Notes under the pieces: generated by a model
The model's input: the letters and a program-made list of their open reading frames with translations, nothing else
Databases searched by the model: none
Told to the model about the DNA's origin: nothing
Part shown: piece after piece, positions 47,801 to 59,800 of the stretch
Position numbering within the stretch: the stretch's first letter is position 1
Layout of the letters: each line of letters opens with the position of its first letter
DNA from: Ylistrum balloti
Taxonomy: Eukaryota
NCBI RefSeq assembly: GCF_031769215.1
Contig: NW_026782496.1
Coordinates: 620,001 to 683,914 of the forward strand
Length of the DNA stretch: 63,914 nucleotides
Reading direction: 5' to 3'
Made by a program: the position numbers and the translations under genes

Positions 47801-50800
47801 TTTCTCGAGTGTTTAGGCGGTATATTTTATTGTCAGTATATGTTCAAAATTGTGGTAGGTAGTACTTGGATTCCGGGGATTTCTTAACTTGACATGTCCT
47901 GACATCAGGTAAAATTTTATTTATTTATTTATTTACTTCTTTTGTTGCGAAGACAGTTTTGTCAGCTTAATTTATAAGGTTAGTGTTTAGATGTTGTCAT
48001 CGGTACAATATATCTTGATAATTAGCCGAATTATTGAGTCTGAGATAGTTTCAGTCCGACAGTAGACTAATGTTTCGTTACGGAAGAATTTCTTTCTGTC
48101 TACTGAATTGACAATACATATAGCTGGGTCGATATGACCGTTTTCTGAACATCGCTGGACAACATAGTGTCGCAAATGGACTCAAAATAAAAGCCATTAC
48201 TATCAATGAACTAAGTAGGACAAACTGTGTGTCAATACAATTGTGCATTGTATAAATATACTGCAGCCGTACTTCATTTTGCAAAAACAGAAATAATATG
48301 GTAAGATATTTTATATATATATTACGATGAAAAGTAATATTGGACAGTCAATCGCAAAGCTGTATGATAAGGATGATGATTTCAAATTCCCTATTGCTAA
48401 TTTTCCATTTCTGGATATCAACATTCCTTCGTCACCAACCTATGGTGTTAACGTATCGCAGTCGATTCGATATTTAACAGCCTGCTCACATAATGAAGGC
48501 AAAGTCGTAACACAAGGTTTCAAAAGAGGCAGGTTGATGAATATTATTTTGGCGTTCGTCATAAAGAGATATGTCAGTTTTTAAGATATGAAATTGGGCG
48601 TGTTTGATGCTCAATACTACACCTGTTGGTACCGTCGTTTTATACATTGTTATCAAGACTAAGATTTACATGGCAAGTGTCGTCGATGGAGCGGATGACG
48701 CTTAATCTTCCGGAACACCCGGTTTTATTCTCCTTGTACTTTTTTAAAGAAGTCTCCGTGTAAGTTTGTTTTCTTTTTTTGTTTTTTGTTCATATTTTGC
48801 CGCAGTTTATTGGTGTTTTGTTTATGATTATGTTGACATGTTGTTATTTTCTTGGTTTTTTTTTTTTTCATTTTCCATAATATCCTTTAAATAAGCGAAG
48901 TGTTTTAAATCTAGAGCTGATCAGTAAAGGTTGTAATGATATAATGTCCTACGACTATTAGGATTTTTTTAGTTACCAATTACAATTCACTAGTATTGCA
49001 GGATTGCTATTCCGAATTACAGGTTAAAAAAGTGACTATTTCACTTAAATTTCTGGAAAATTTTCCAAATAAAATTTCTGTACCAAATGTTTCGAAACCC
49101 TGAAAATGCTATTATTCAAATGGAAATTCCCATCTTACTAACATCCTATTTCATGATGAAAAATTATCAACAGACAATATTTTTGCGCCGAAAGAGAAGA
49201 TAAAACCAAGACTGGTACAAAATGAATTATTAAATAGATAAAAATAAAAAAGAAATGATCGATTAGTATTGATGTTTTCTTTTTTGGAAGCACGTCTAAA
49301 CAATTTCTATACTTTCAGATGGCACACAAAAATAACAATAAATACTCAAGAGTATATTGTCTTTAATAAACTACATGTAGAAACAAACACTTCATTGAGT
49401 GAAGAAGCTTACCTTAATGGCTATCCGGTGAAAGTAGGAGCCATTTAGACTGTAGTGAAACCATATCGTTTCTGGAGGTTTGCCAATTTTTGTCAAAACT
49501 ATAAAATCGGGATAATATTCCTGTAATGACAAGAAACTCTCATTAATTATCACACATTTAATAGGACGAACAGTTACGAGAGTTTTTTTTCAAAGAAAGA
49601 TGAACGACAGTTGTGATCAACGAGTGATATACCGATGATTAATGATTTTTTTTTATGACAGTATCTTCGCCCAGTGCAGTTGCAAGATCTCAAACAAACT
49701 ATTGTCATACCCACGGGGACTCATTTTGCCCCTACCGTGGCCGGAGTAATCTGTTGTTATACAAGGCAAATCTTCTTAGGTCCTTCAATGCACATTTAGA
49801 TATATTGATGAGGTCGTGTCTTTACAGAATAAGGTTTTGTGTATAAAATCTTGTACATCATCCGTATGCCTCTGTATTTATCAATAATGCAGTCAACAGT
49901 TGTACATTTCAACCAGGCAGTAATGTAAGTATAATGATTTCGATTTTACTGTTGTGAATGTTCTTTTTCTAAATACTAGAAAGCTATCACAATATTCGTG
50001 GACAGTGTTAACAGTTGACGTGCAGAATTGGAGTATTTCGAGAATGATGTCCGTCTCATTAACATTACTTTTCGTTACGTAATTATTCCATGTCTTAATT
50101 TTATCGTTACCTACCAGGTAAATGTCTTACATATATATATATTGGCGTCTTTGGTTCAGATGTAATTTGCGGAAAATTACGTGACAATTATATCAAGAAC
50201 AATTAATATCGGCATGAACTTTCATCGAATGCAGTCTCAAAATATGATTCATTGTCATCGTTTGCTGGGGTATCCGGAAGACAGCCTAATAACTAGAAGA
50301 TTGCACAATAACACGCAAGTTAACAGCACCTTTTCAAAATTGAGAGTGAGATGCAGTAGAGCCAAACAATTAATTAAACTGCATCATATAACTGTTTCTT
50401 ATTTCAAGGACTCGTCAGTGATGCCAATTGCCTAAATTTTTAAGCTTACGAGGCGACTAAGGAAAATCCAAAGTGATCAAAAGAAAAGTCAAAATCTAGA
50501 CGGGGAGGTGCAGCAGCCCTTAAATAATAAATTCAAATGAATACATTGTCACAATTTGATATTCTGTATAAACTGATTAAGACGTCAGACAAAGTATATG
50601 GAAATATCAAAACTGACGACAGAACAACGGCTCAAACTGCCCCTCTCAGAAACATGAATATGGGAAAAATATTCATACTTACGACTGCTGGTTTTACTAT
50701 TGCCAATTCACCAGTCCACACATCTGTGTTGTTACTTATAATCCTTGCTTTAAATTGCTTCGCAAATGTGTCTGCGTGTATGGCTGTGTCGGTGAATGTC

Positions 50801-53800
50801 ACAACCATTTTCATATTTATGCTATTGGTATTTTTCTTTGTAGAAAAGACTCTATTTGACAGATGAAACATGTCCACGAGTACTTTTCCAGTAGCGTTGA
50901 CAATGCCCCTATGTTAGAAAAAGAGTTAATTGGTGAATTTGCAATATTATGAACCTGATTTTTGTAAACGGATATTTCAACTTTACGTAAAATCATACTG
51001 CAAATAAACTTTCGAATTGTAGAAAACAATGCTAAAACTTTCATTATAAAAGATATGCAATGACAGCATTGTCTAGAAAGCCATATATACACATTTGTAT
51101 TTTGTAGAGCATTATGATATAATTTCAGCTAAACGTGTTTTATTAAGGAGACTCATCCCTACGTAATAAGCAAGTATTGTTTCTTATACTATTCCTTTTT
51201 GTGTATCGTGCGAAAGAGAGAACTCTTCTGTATATAGAGAATGAAAGGTACTATTGGCGATGCCAATAGTGGCGCAAAGAGACGGGAGTGAATGGTTTAC
51301 GCGTTTTGAAAGCGACTGTAACGAAAGTAGTAGCTGTGCTTGCCATTGATATTCCATGCCATCGATGTCACTTGCCATAAAAGATATAGAATCCTGTAGT
51401 TACTATAGTAACGAGAGTAAGGCGGAATTGGACAACAATACCACTGCTAGATTTTTAAACTGGAAAGAGGGACGCCACGTCATGTTGGAAGAGGCAATAT
51501 AAGATTTAAATTTGACACCATGGAATAAACAGAAAAGAAGGGGGAAATATTAAGTTAATTAAGAAGATATTAAAATCTAAACAATGATAGGTTGCAAGAT
51601 TCTTTTTGCATCTTCTTATTTTTTTTTATTGCCAAGCATTTTAATTCTGACACTCAGTGAAACTTTTGTAAGCAGTAAAAGCAAGATGTTATATGTTGTA
51701 TCATTAGACTATATGATATATTCTTTGGTTGTTTATTTGTATGTTTGAAACCAGGCAGGTGATAAAGGCACATTCAGCCTCTGTTTAATAACACATTCTA
51801 CTGTTGTTAAAACGCCTAGAAATGAATTTATCATGTCTGCATATAAGCATAGTGTATGTGTCATTATGGAACCATTCCATCCTCTCAAAAAGTTCTTGGT
51901 AAATGTAAATTTACAAATGTAAGATAAAAAACATTTCTGTAATATTTTGTTTCCATCTTTTAATTGTTACAGTTATGTGCTTTACGAGCGTTTTAACGGT
52001 AAATATTGAAATCTATCCCCTAAATCATGATATAACCCACTTTGATCTATATACATAAAATGTTTGCAAAGCATATTTTAATTTTTATCAGTTTATTGTT
52101 TCTTTATGATTTTCATGAACCTGAAAAATTATAGATAAAAAATTGTATATATATTGAAAATGTGGTGAATTCCCCGTGCTCAGTAAATATAGAAAAAAGT
52201 TAAAACACTTGATGTAAAACTGTTTTACTACATTTACTGGGCACGGAGAATATTGACATTTAGTTTTTAGAAAATCGTATTCATATGGTAGCATAATCAT
52301 TATGTGAAAGTTTGAAGGGAATCTAGCAATTAAAGTGACACCACGGTAAAACTATTTTTTTTACTGATTTGTTAATTTGTTATTGCATATATATTTATAT
52401 CAGGTGTATCACCTTATGAACAATGACAGTTCGTTTTCGCTGAAACGTTTACATAAAGAGGTTAATTAATTTTTGTAAAGGAAATCCTTATCTGTTGATC
52501 AACTGTCTGGATATGTAAAACTTTGGATCATACATGAAAACGCATGCGCACAAAACACCGTTGCCTGTGAACGAAAATGGCACCCCACCGGAATCAGTAG
52601 CGACAATGTTGGGGATTAATGTAACTTATTTCGTAATTATTCAAAGGCTTTGTGTTATCAACTAACGTTCGTCACATCCTGCACAAAATCCAGTACTGAA
52701 AAATGGCATCTTGCTGACTGTGTCACTACTGTCTCTGTCATTTCTGCCCGCGATCTTGTGCTCGTGATCACACTGCCTCGTTTTCATAACTATTATGTGA
52801 CGTTATCAGCGTTAAATTAAAAGGAATTCCCGAACCATTGAAAATCGGCTGAGAATATCGGGACATCATAGAAAAGTACATGGAAACACATAAAACTAGC
52901 ACAATCGATAATAAAATTAATCTTTTACCGCGATGTCCCTTTAATTGTGGAAGGGTCGAGCCTCCTTAAGTAAACAAATGTTAATGTATTCGCACTATAA
53001 GTAATTTATCCTACCTTATCATATTGATTTTAAATCCGCCAAAAATGTTTGTTCCAATGTGATCTATTTCAAAGCTACATATGGCGAATGGATGGCTTCC
53101 CAATTCGTAGGGAACTGGTAATTCAAGGAGTAGAACACCGTAATCTGTATCAGGTCTTGCATTCATACGTAGAGTCATTTTAGTGCTGGGGGTTAGGGAC
53201 TGACAATATTCCTGCAGCTTGACATCCAAATTACCGTCAAGTCTTGTCTAAAAATAAAAAAAAAATATACAGGTTATAGCGACTAAAACGTTTCGAGCGA
53301 AAATAAAAGGTGGTGTTTCTTGTGTACAGTAATGGCAGATTATTTAATCGACCTTGACCTTTCATGAGTTCAAAGAAAAAATGCATTTTCTCATCAACAA
53401 GTGATATTCAAATCAAATCTGCGAAAGGTTAGAGTGGAAAGTTGAAATTATAAATCATATCTGTAATTGTTGTGTAAGAAAATTTCTGAAAATGACCTTA
53501 ATGTGGAAGTAATATTCTCAATCTATACATATTTGACAGGGATATGACAACCATAGATGTATGTTGATTAAACATTATAGAGCATTATTGAGCATACAGG
53601 AATTCCTATGTACTTATCCAACCTTATTTAAGTCATATTGTAAATGGTTTCACAGACAACACCTTTCATACAATATCAATTGAAATCAAAATATGACCTA
53701 CCGAAACTTTTTCCTCGTTTGTGATGTTAAAGTAAAATATAAATGATTGCGGTGATCCTTTGCCTGGGTAGGACAAACTTAAAGTCAGCTCATAACTGGA

Positions 53801-56800
53801 ATTTGCTGATGATGTAGATGCAAGGACAATCACAGTGAAATAACATTTGTATTCACGTGAAATTCCGTATGATATGTCCGAAATATTCACACTGGCTTTT
53901 TTACTAGTTTTAAAATACATATGTTTACATGTTCTGTTCACCTGTACATTACTGAACTTTATTCCTGCGATATCGAATCCGTCCCCACCAGGTACACCAT
54001 ATCGCTTGGTTGACGCTTCGATGTGGTATTCACCATGTGAATTTGGTGGTATTTCCAAAGTCAATGTTGCACTTCCTGTTCCACCGATAGGTAATGATAA
54101 AGATTCCTGATCTTGTGTGACATTTATCTTCTCAATCTGCAATTCATGTTGTTTAAGATTAGTAGAAATTGATACGTTACATTTCTACATTTCCGCCAAA
54201 ATATTACCTTATCTGGATTAAAGGTTTAATGACTGTCCTTATCAAAAATGACACATTTGAAACACATGAAAGTAATAGGCCATGATCCAGGGGGAATTAT
54301 TTTTGTAAGTACATGGTCCCAAGAACATTTTAAGCCATGTTGACACCATCTGGCCGTTGGGTCTTTTGGGCGTGGCGCCATTGTAAAGTCCCCCCCCCCC
54401 CATTTTTGATGATGATTTTTACAATATAAACTATGTTATAACTTCGCTAATTTTAGACCTAGAGTCATCAAATAAGTCCCAAAAAAAGGTTTTTGACTTC
54501 TGCAACCAAAACATTTCCACTAGCTAATTTGCATATTTATGAATATTAATGATCTTGCTCAAAATGGCCGACATTTTTTAGTACATATGGCATGTTTTTA
54601 CCCCTGGAGTATACAAATTCAATAAGTTTATTATAAAAGAAGGTTTTGCTGTCAACATTTCAATCTATGTTTGAACTTTGAATGTTGAGCCGTTTGGGCA
54701 TGACGCTTTTTTAAATCCCCCCCCCCTTAATTTTGCAAGCGCACCACATGACATTCTGTTACATCTTGGCCGATTTTGAAACCATAGTTTTGTCCTAATG
54801 ATATCTAATTTTTGTCCTAGTGATATCTAATGAATGGTATGATGTCTGGTTGAATTAAATGCTAAAATATGAAATTTGGCTCATTTGCATATTTATGAAT
54901 ATTAATTAAGATACTAAAAATAGTTGATTTTTGTGAAAACGAGCATTATCACTTATGGAGTATAAATTTTAAATCTTTTCTACAACAAAAGTATTATTTA
55001 TGACAACTGTTATTTGGCACTGAACTTCAACCCATCTAGTATGATTTACAGGCTGTCAAAGTAATGCACTGAAGATGTGATTTTTGTCAGTCATTGTCAC
55101 TTTCCTCATCTAATATTTCATCGACGAGACTGTTCATTTCCGCTTCATCTTCGTCCTCATTTTCGCACTCAAACTCATTTGACGCACATATGATGTTAAC
55201 CAAATCTTGTGGCACAATTGCACAAATTGTCCATACATACTCAATACCCTCTACATCAAATATCCAGTCACTTCTTTGAATGTCCGGGAGTTCTTGTCGC
55301 TTGTCATCAGCATGGAGCCAGATGCATGCTCGATAGCTGACGCTACGCACATGCATGTCAAGCGAGTCCTTGTAGGGCGGAAAAAGACTCATATCGATGC
55401 TGTTTCGAGAATCCAAAACATTCTCAGGAGCAAGGCTCTTCTTGCAAAACGTGTCATAACGTAACCTGTTGATGTCACTGTATTTGGGCTTTCCGTACAT
55501 AGCACAAACTAGTTTTTCAATTTCTTTCAGTTATTCACTGTTGTATTCATGTTCTTGGCCAAGCTTGGAAAGCGTAGATATATAGTCAGAGTTCTTTTCA
55601 ACAAGTTTGAGAGGGGATATCTTTCGTTTGCGAACAAAAGCACTCGTAGTTTCACAGTCAGTAAGACAGTGGAATGATGGCAAGACTGAGCAGAGCCTTT
55701 CATCAATCTTGGAAACCATGTCATTGACACTAAGTAGTCTCCGCCTGTTTCCAAAACCAGTCAAAGAACAAAGGCCTGTCTACTTGGTTGCGAAACTTCA
55801 AAAGTAGAACCAAGACATCTGTGTCAGGAGACCTTACTAATATTTTGGTATTATCAGGCTCTGTGTCTCTCACATGAATGCAATGAAGTATAATGCGAGT
55901 GTCTGCCTCTTCCTGTGTAGAGGAAAGGACTTGTGTCAGAAACATATCCGTGTGCTTTCCATCATGACTTGTAAAACGGTGGCAGGTGTCTTCAAGAACG
56001 TAGTAGACGAATCGACCTTGAAAAGCTGGAGCATAATTGTCCGTTTTCCACTGGTTCAGGAGCATCTGTAACAACTGGGTTTTGTTATCATCGTTCCCCA
56101 TGAAACTCTTCCAGTCCTTTGATGTTTTGTCTTTGGTCCAGAAAGCAAAAAAAGTGGGTGTGGAACCCCTCCGTTTACGTTCGAATGATTTGAAAGACAT
56201 ATCTTTGTACGTGTCAGTCCAGTCATCCAGATTTGGGAAGAAGGCCGAATACTACTTCTGCTAAATTTTCAAAACTATCTGGAATATATATCAGATTTTG
56301 TAATATTGCATTTCCACCAAAAAAGAAGAGGAGGGCCCATAGGCGCTTAAATGAACTTGATTCACATTCAATATCTATGGAGGAAGTCAATTTCCCTTTC
56401 TGAAGTTAATTCATATTTGTATATCTTTGGTAGCATTTTCTGTGGGTCTTATGCCTGACGGAGCCAAGGGCATTTGGAAGGTTTAGTAACAAGTTTTCCG
56501 GCCTGTCTTTGGGGGATGCGTACATTAATCTTTCCCTAGAAACTTCTTTGATCTTGTTAAATCCTATCTCCGTAAGTCTCCGACTTCTTGATCATCACTC
56601 AAATCTTCAAAATGTTCTAAGCACTGCCTTTGACTAGTGCCTATTGACGATTTCCTAGCAGTTTTCTTTTTTTTTGCATTTAAGCTTCGCAGGTCACTCC
56701 ATTTTGCTTCTGATTTATGAAAATAACAGAAAAAATAGGCGACACAAAATAAAACTTTCTCTCTTGTAGTTTACCAAAATTTCAATCGTTGTACAATTTC

Positions 56801-59800
56801 AGTTTGATTTAATTTATGTTTTGTTTCGTTTTCTGTGCGGTCTGCGCCAAAGTTGACCATTTATTCCTATTTTATTGTTAGAACTTATGTATTTTATTTC
56901 AAGTTACTGATAAACATATTGTGATGGTATCAGTCATTTGGTTTATGGACTTAACGTCCTTTAAACAGCTTAGGATACCATTTAAGAATTTTCACTCGAT
57001 TTCATTTGAAGTGAATGCATGTGTTGCTTGTCGGTGCATATTGGTTTATTGGTGTAAGCATTTTTACTGTATTGCGGACTTCATGCCAATTTATGATGCA
57101 AATGAGTTAATCTACATATTTCAGCATTTAAGTAAACCAGACATCTTACCATTAAATGATACAACTGTAGTTTTGAAATCAATCAAGATATCACAATATC
57201 TTAGGCTTATGTTCTGTTGCACGTTTGCAAGATTTTAGGGGTGGGTTGATTTGAAATGACGTCACACCTTAACGGCCCCACACTCAAAGTTCAAACATAG
57301 CTTAACATATCCACGATGAAATTTACATTAATATTAAACTAATAAAAGCCATGCCAGTAAGGAATTTTACACTCTAGAGGTAAAAATATGCATTAAGTAA
57401 CTAAAAAAAGCGGCCATTTTGAACAAAATCATTAATATTCATAGATATGCAGATAACCTAGTGGACATATTTTGGCATCAAATTAAAGCAAAAGTCACAA
57501 GCTTTCATTTGAAACCATTTTTATGGTTCTAGCATTAACATTACACACGTTATAACCCAGACTGTGTTCTATTGTAAAACATCAAAATTGATAGGGAGCG
57601 GGGTACTTAACAATGGTGCCACACCCAAAAGCCCCAACGGCCAGATGGTAAACATGGATTTTCTTGTAGCATTTTCCATAAGCTTATACAAAATCATACT
57701 CTTCAAAATTCCCCCTAGGAGGGGAACAGGGGTTATCGTCAACTCAAGGACTATAAACCTTTTGTATACGAAGTCAACTACAAAGCAGCTCATATACTGT
57801 AATATTTACAAGAGTTTCAATACACTTCCATGGAAATAACAAAATAGGCATTAAATCCTTCTAATCTTTACATGTTCTATTTGTTTGATTCTGCAATTCT
57901 CATGCCTAGCATAACAACAGCTCTATGATCGAGATACTTCATGAATTATTTTTTTAATTTTGAACTGATGTTGTGACATGCGATACCGAAGCGTTATTTC
58001 AAGCATGCAAGGCGGTCTCTTAGATTTCATCACAATCATCACGGGTTTGTTGAAGATTGTTATGTACAGTTTTAAATAAAAAAACCTCCAGCTCAAAAAC
58101 CAATCACTCACACCTCTTAAATTATGAGTATATTTTGAAAAGAGGTGGTCTATGGTTTTAAGAAAACTTATCTGAATATTCATTATGAAAAACCGCATTA
58201 CTGAATTGTATGTGATAAAACTGAACTTAACTCAGATACAATCGTTGTCATTGTGATATCTAGATTGTTGATAATTTGCCAGATAATGAGCCAATATCTA
58301 CATTACATTGTTACATGTGTTCATATGCATAACAAAGTTATAAACTTATTTGTTCAAGTTTGGTTATTTTGTATAACTGCAAGTACCTTCTCTCCTCCAT
58401 ACACTGATGAAGGGAACCAAGATATGTTTTTTCTCTCCCAATCAAAGTTCAGGTCTATTTTTATTGATGGAATAAAACGAAGTAAAAACTTATCATTTCA
58501 TTTATTTGCGTAAGATGTTGAGAATTCCGAGTTTAATAACCCTCGGAATATTAGTCTTCCCAACGATGACATAGCTTATTATATTTGCAATAATAATTTT
58601 GTATACTTACAGGAATGTGTTCAGTTGCTATGAAGTACTTCGTGGTATTCATCACAAACACTGCATCTACCTCCATATAAATTTCAAGGGAATATGATAC
58701 CAAGAGAAAGTCATCAGTTGCCGTCAACAACAACTGAACTTCGATATGGACGATATCGGATGTTTCAGAGGTGTCCTCATCGAAAGCTCCTATCAAAATA
58801 TCAATTTTTTTAAAAAAAAACTGTTATTATGTACTGCACAGCCAAATAATACTGTAAACTACACTTTTCGTCCCTATCGGAACCGCGCAAGTGGTGTTAA
58901 GTGCCTAAATAGCTTCACTCTAAAGAGATTAAATTTGAGAAGTAAAAAATCCTGTTGAGAAATAAAATGGAGGGAAAGTTAAAACGTTTAACCCAGACTT
59001 ACATGTACTTAAACGTATCATATATAGCATACGTAACTATCTGATATGGTGCTATATTTTATCTGTTCTTTAATTACCTTTATTTGGAATATATCCAAAG
59101 TCAATTGTCCGCATATCCGTGCCTTCCTCGCAATGCAGTTCATCATCCGGAAGAGGACCAAAGGTTGGTTTTATAATGCCTTTAAAGTGCTCTCCTACCG
59201 AATCTACACGTGCAGTAATGATTCGGAGAGATTCGTTAGAACTTAAAAGCACTATTTTATATATTGATAAAGGATTTCTAAACAATGCTGTGAGATGAAA
59301 GCTTTTCAAACTACGCAATGGAAATTCCACTGGGTCAGGAATATCTGTGGTAAAGTTGGACTCATTTGTTGAATTCTACAATGTATGATAATTACATTAA
59401 TCAATTACTGTTATATTGCATATGATATCAACCTTTTGCTTTTGTTTTCAACATCTTTGTTAATAAGGAACAGTTAAAAATATATGAAATAAAGTAAGAT
59501 TATAATGTATTTGGGATGTACAAAAGTTGAATGGATCAATGAACCGTAAATCTATTGTGCATCTTCAGCACATCTTGAAGACTTCGCTTGCACATTATCC
59601 GAAATGTGCAATACAATGTAGAAATATTCGTTTGTTTTGCACTAAATGTTTTGAAGTATCGTTTGACCAGTTTTCCAAATTGACGAAAATACGGAACGGA
59701 TTGAGTAAAAGTATGGCAATTCAATTATCCCTTTACACATACATATCCATATGACAAAACAAATACTCAAAATTTTATTTTAAAAAAACCGAACTACTCA

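Noticed and set aside
47987-48175. ORF containing DPAICIVNSV, resembling the repeat-domain pattern
   Set aside because: Bounded by stops on both sides with no convincing donor; the chain 50683 to 46822 is already in phase.
27400-54110. Plus-strand ORFs such as 27400-27795, 37548-37790, 24271-24453, 33060-33335, 36234-36569, 50537-50866 and 53847-54110
   Set aside because: Antisense shadows of real minus-strand exons.
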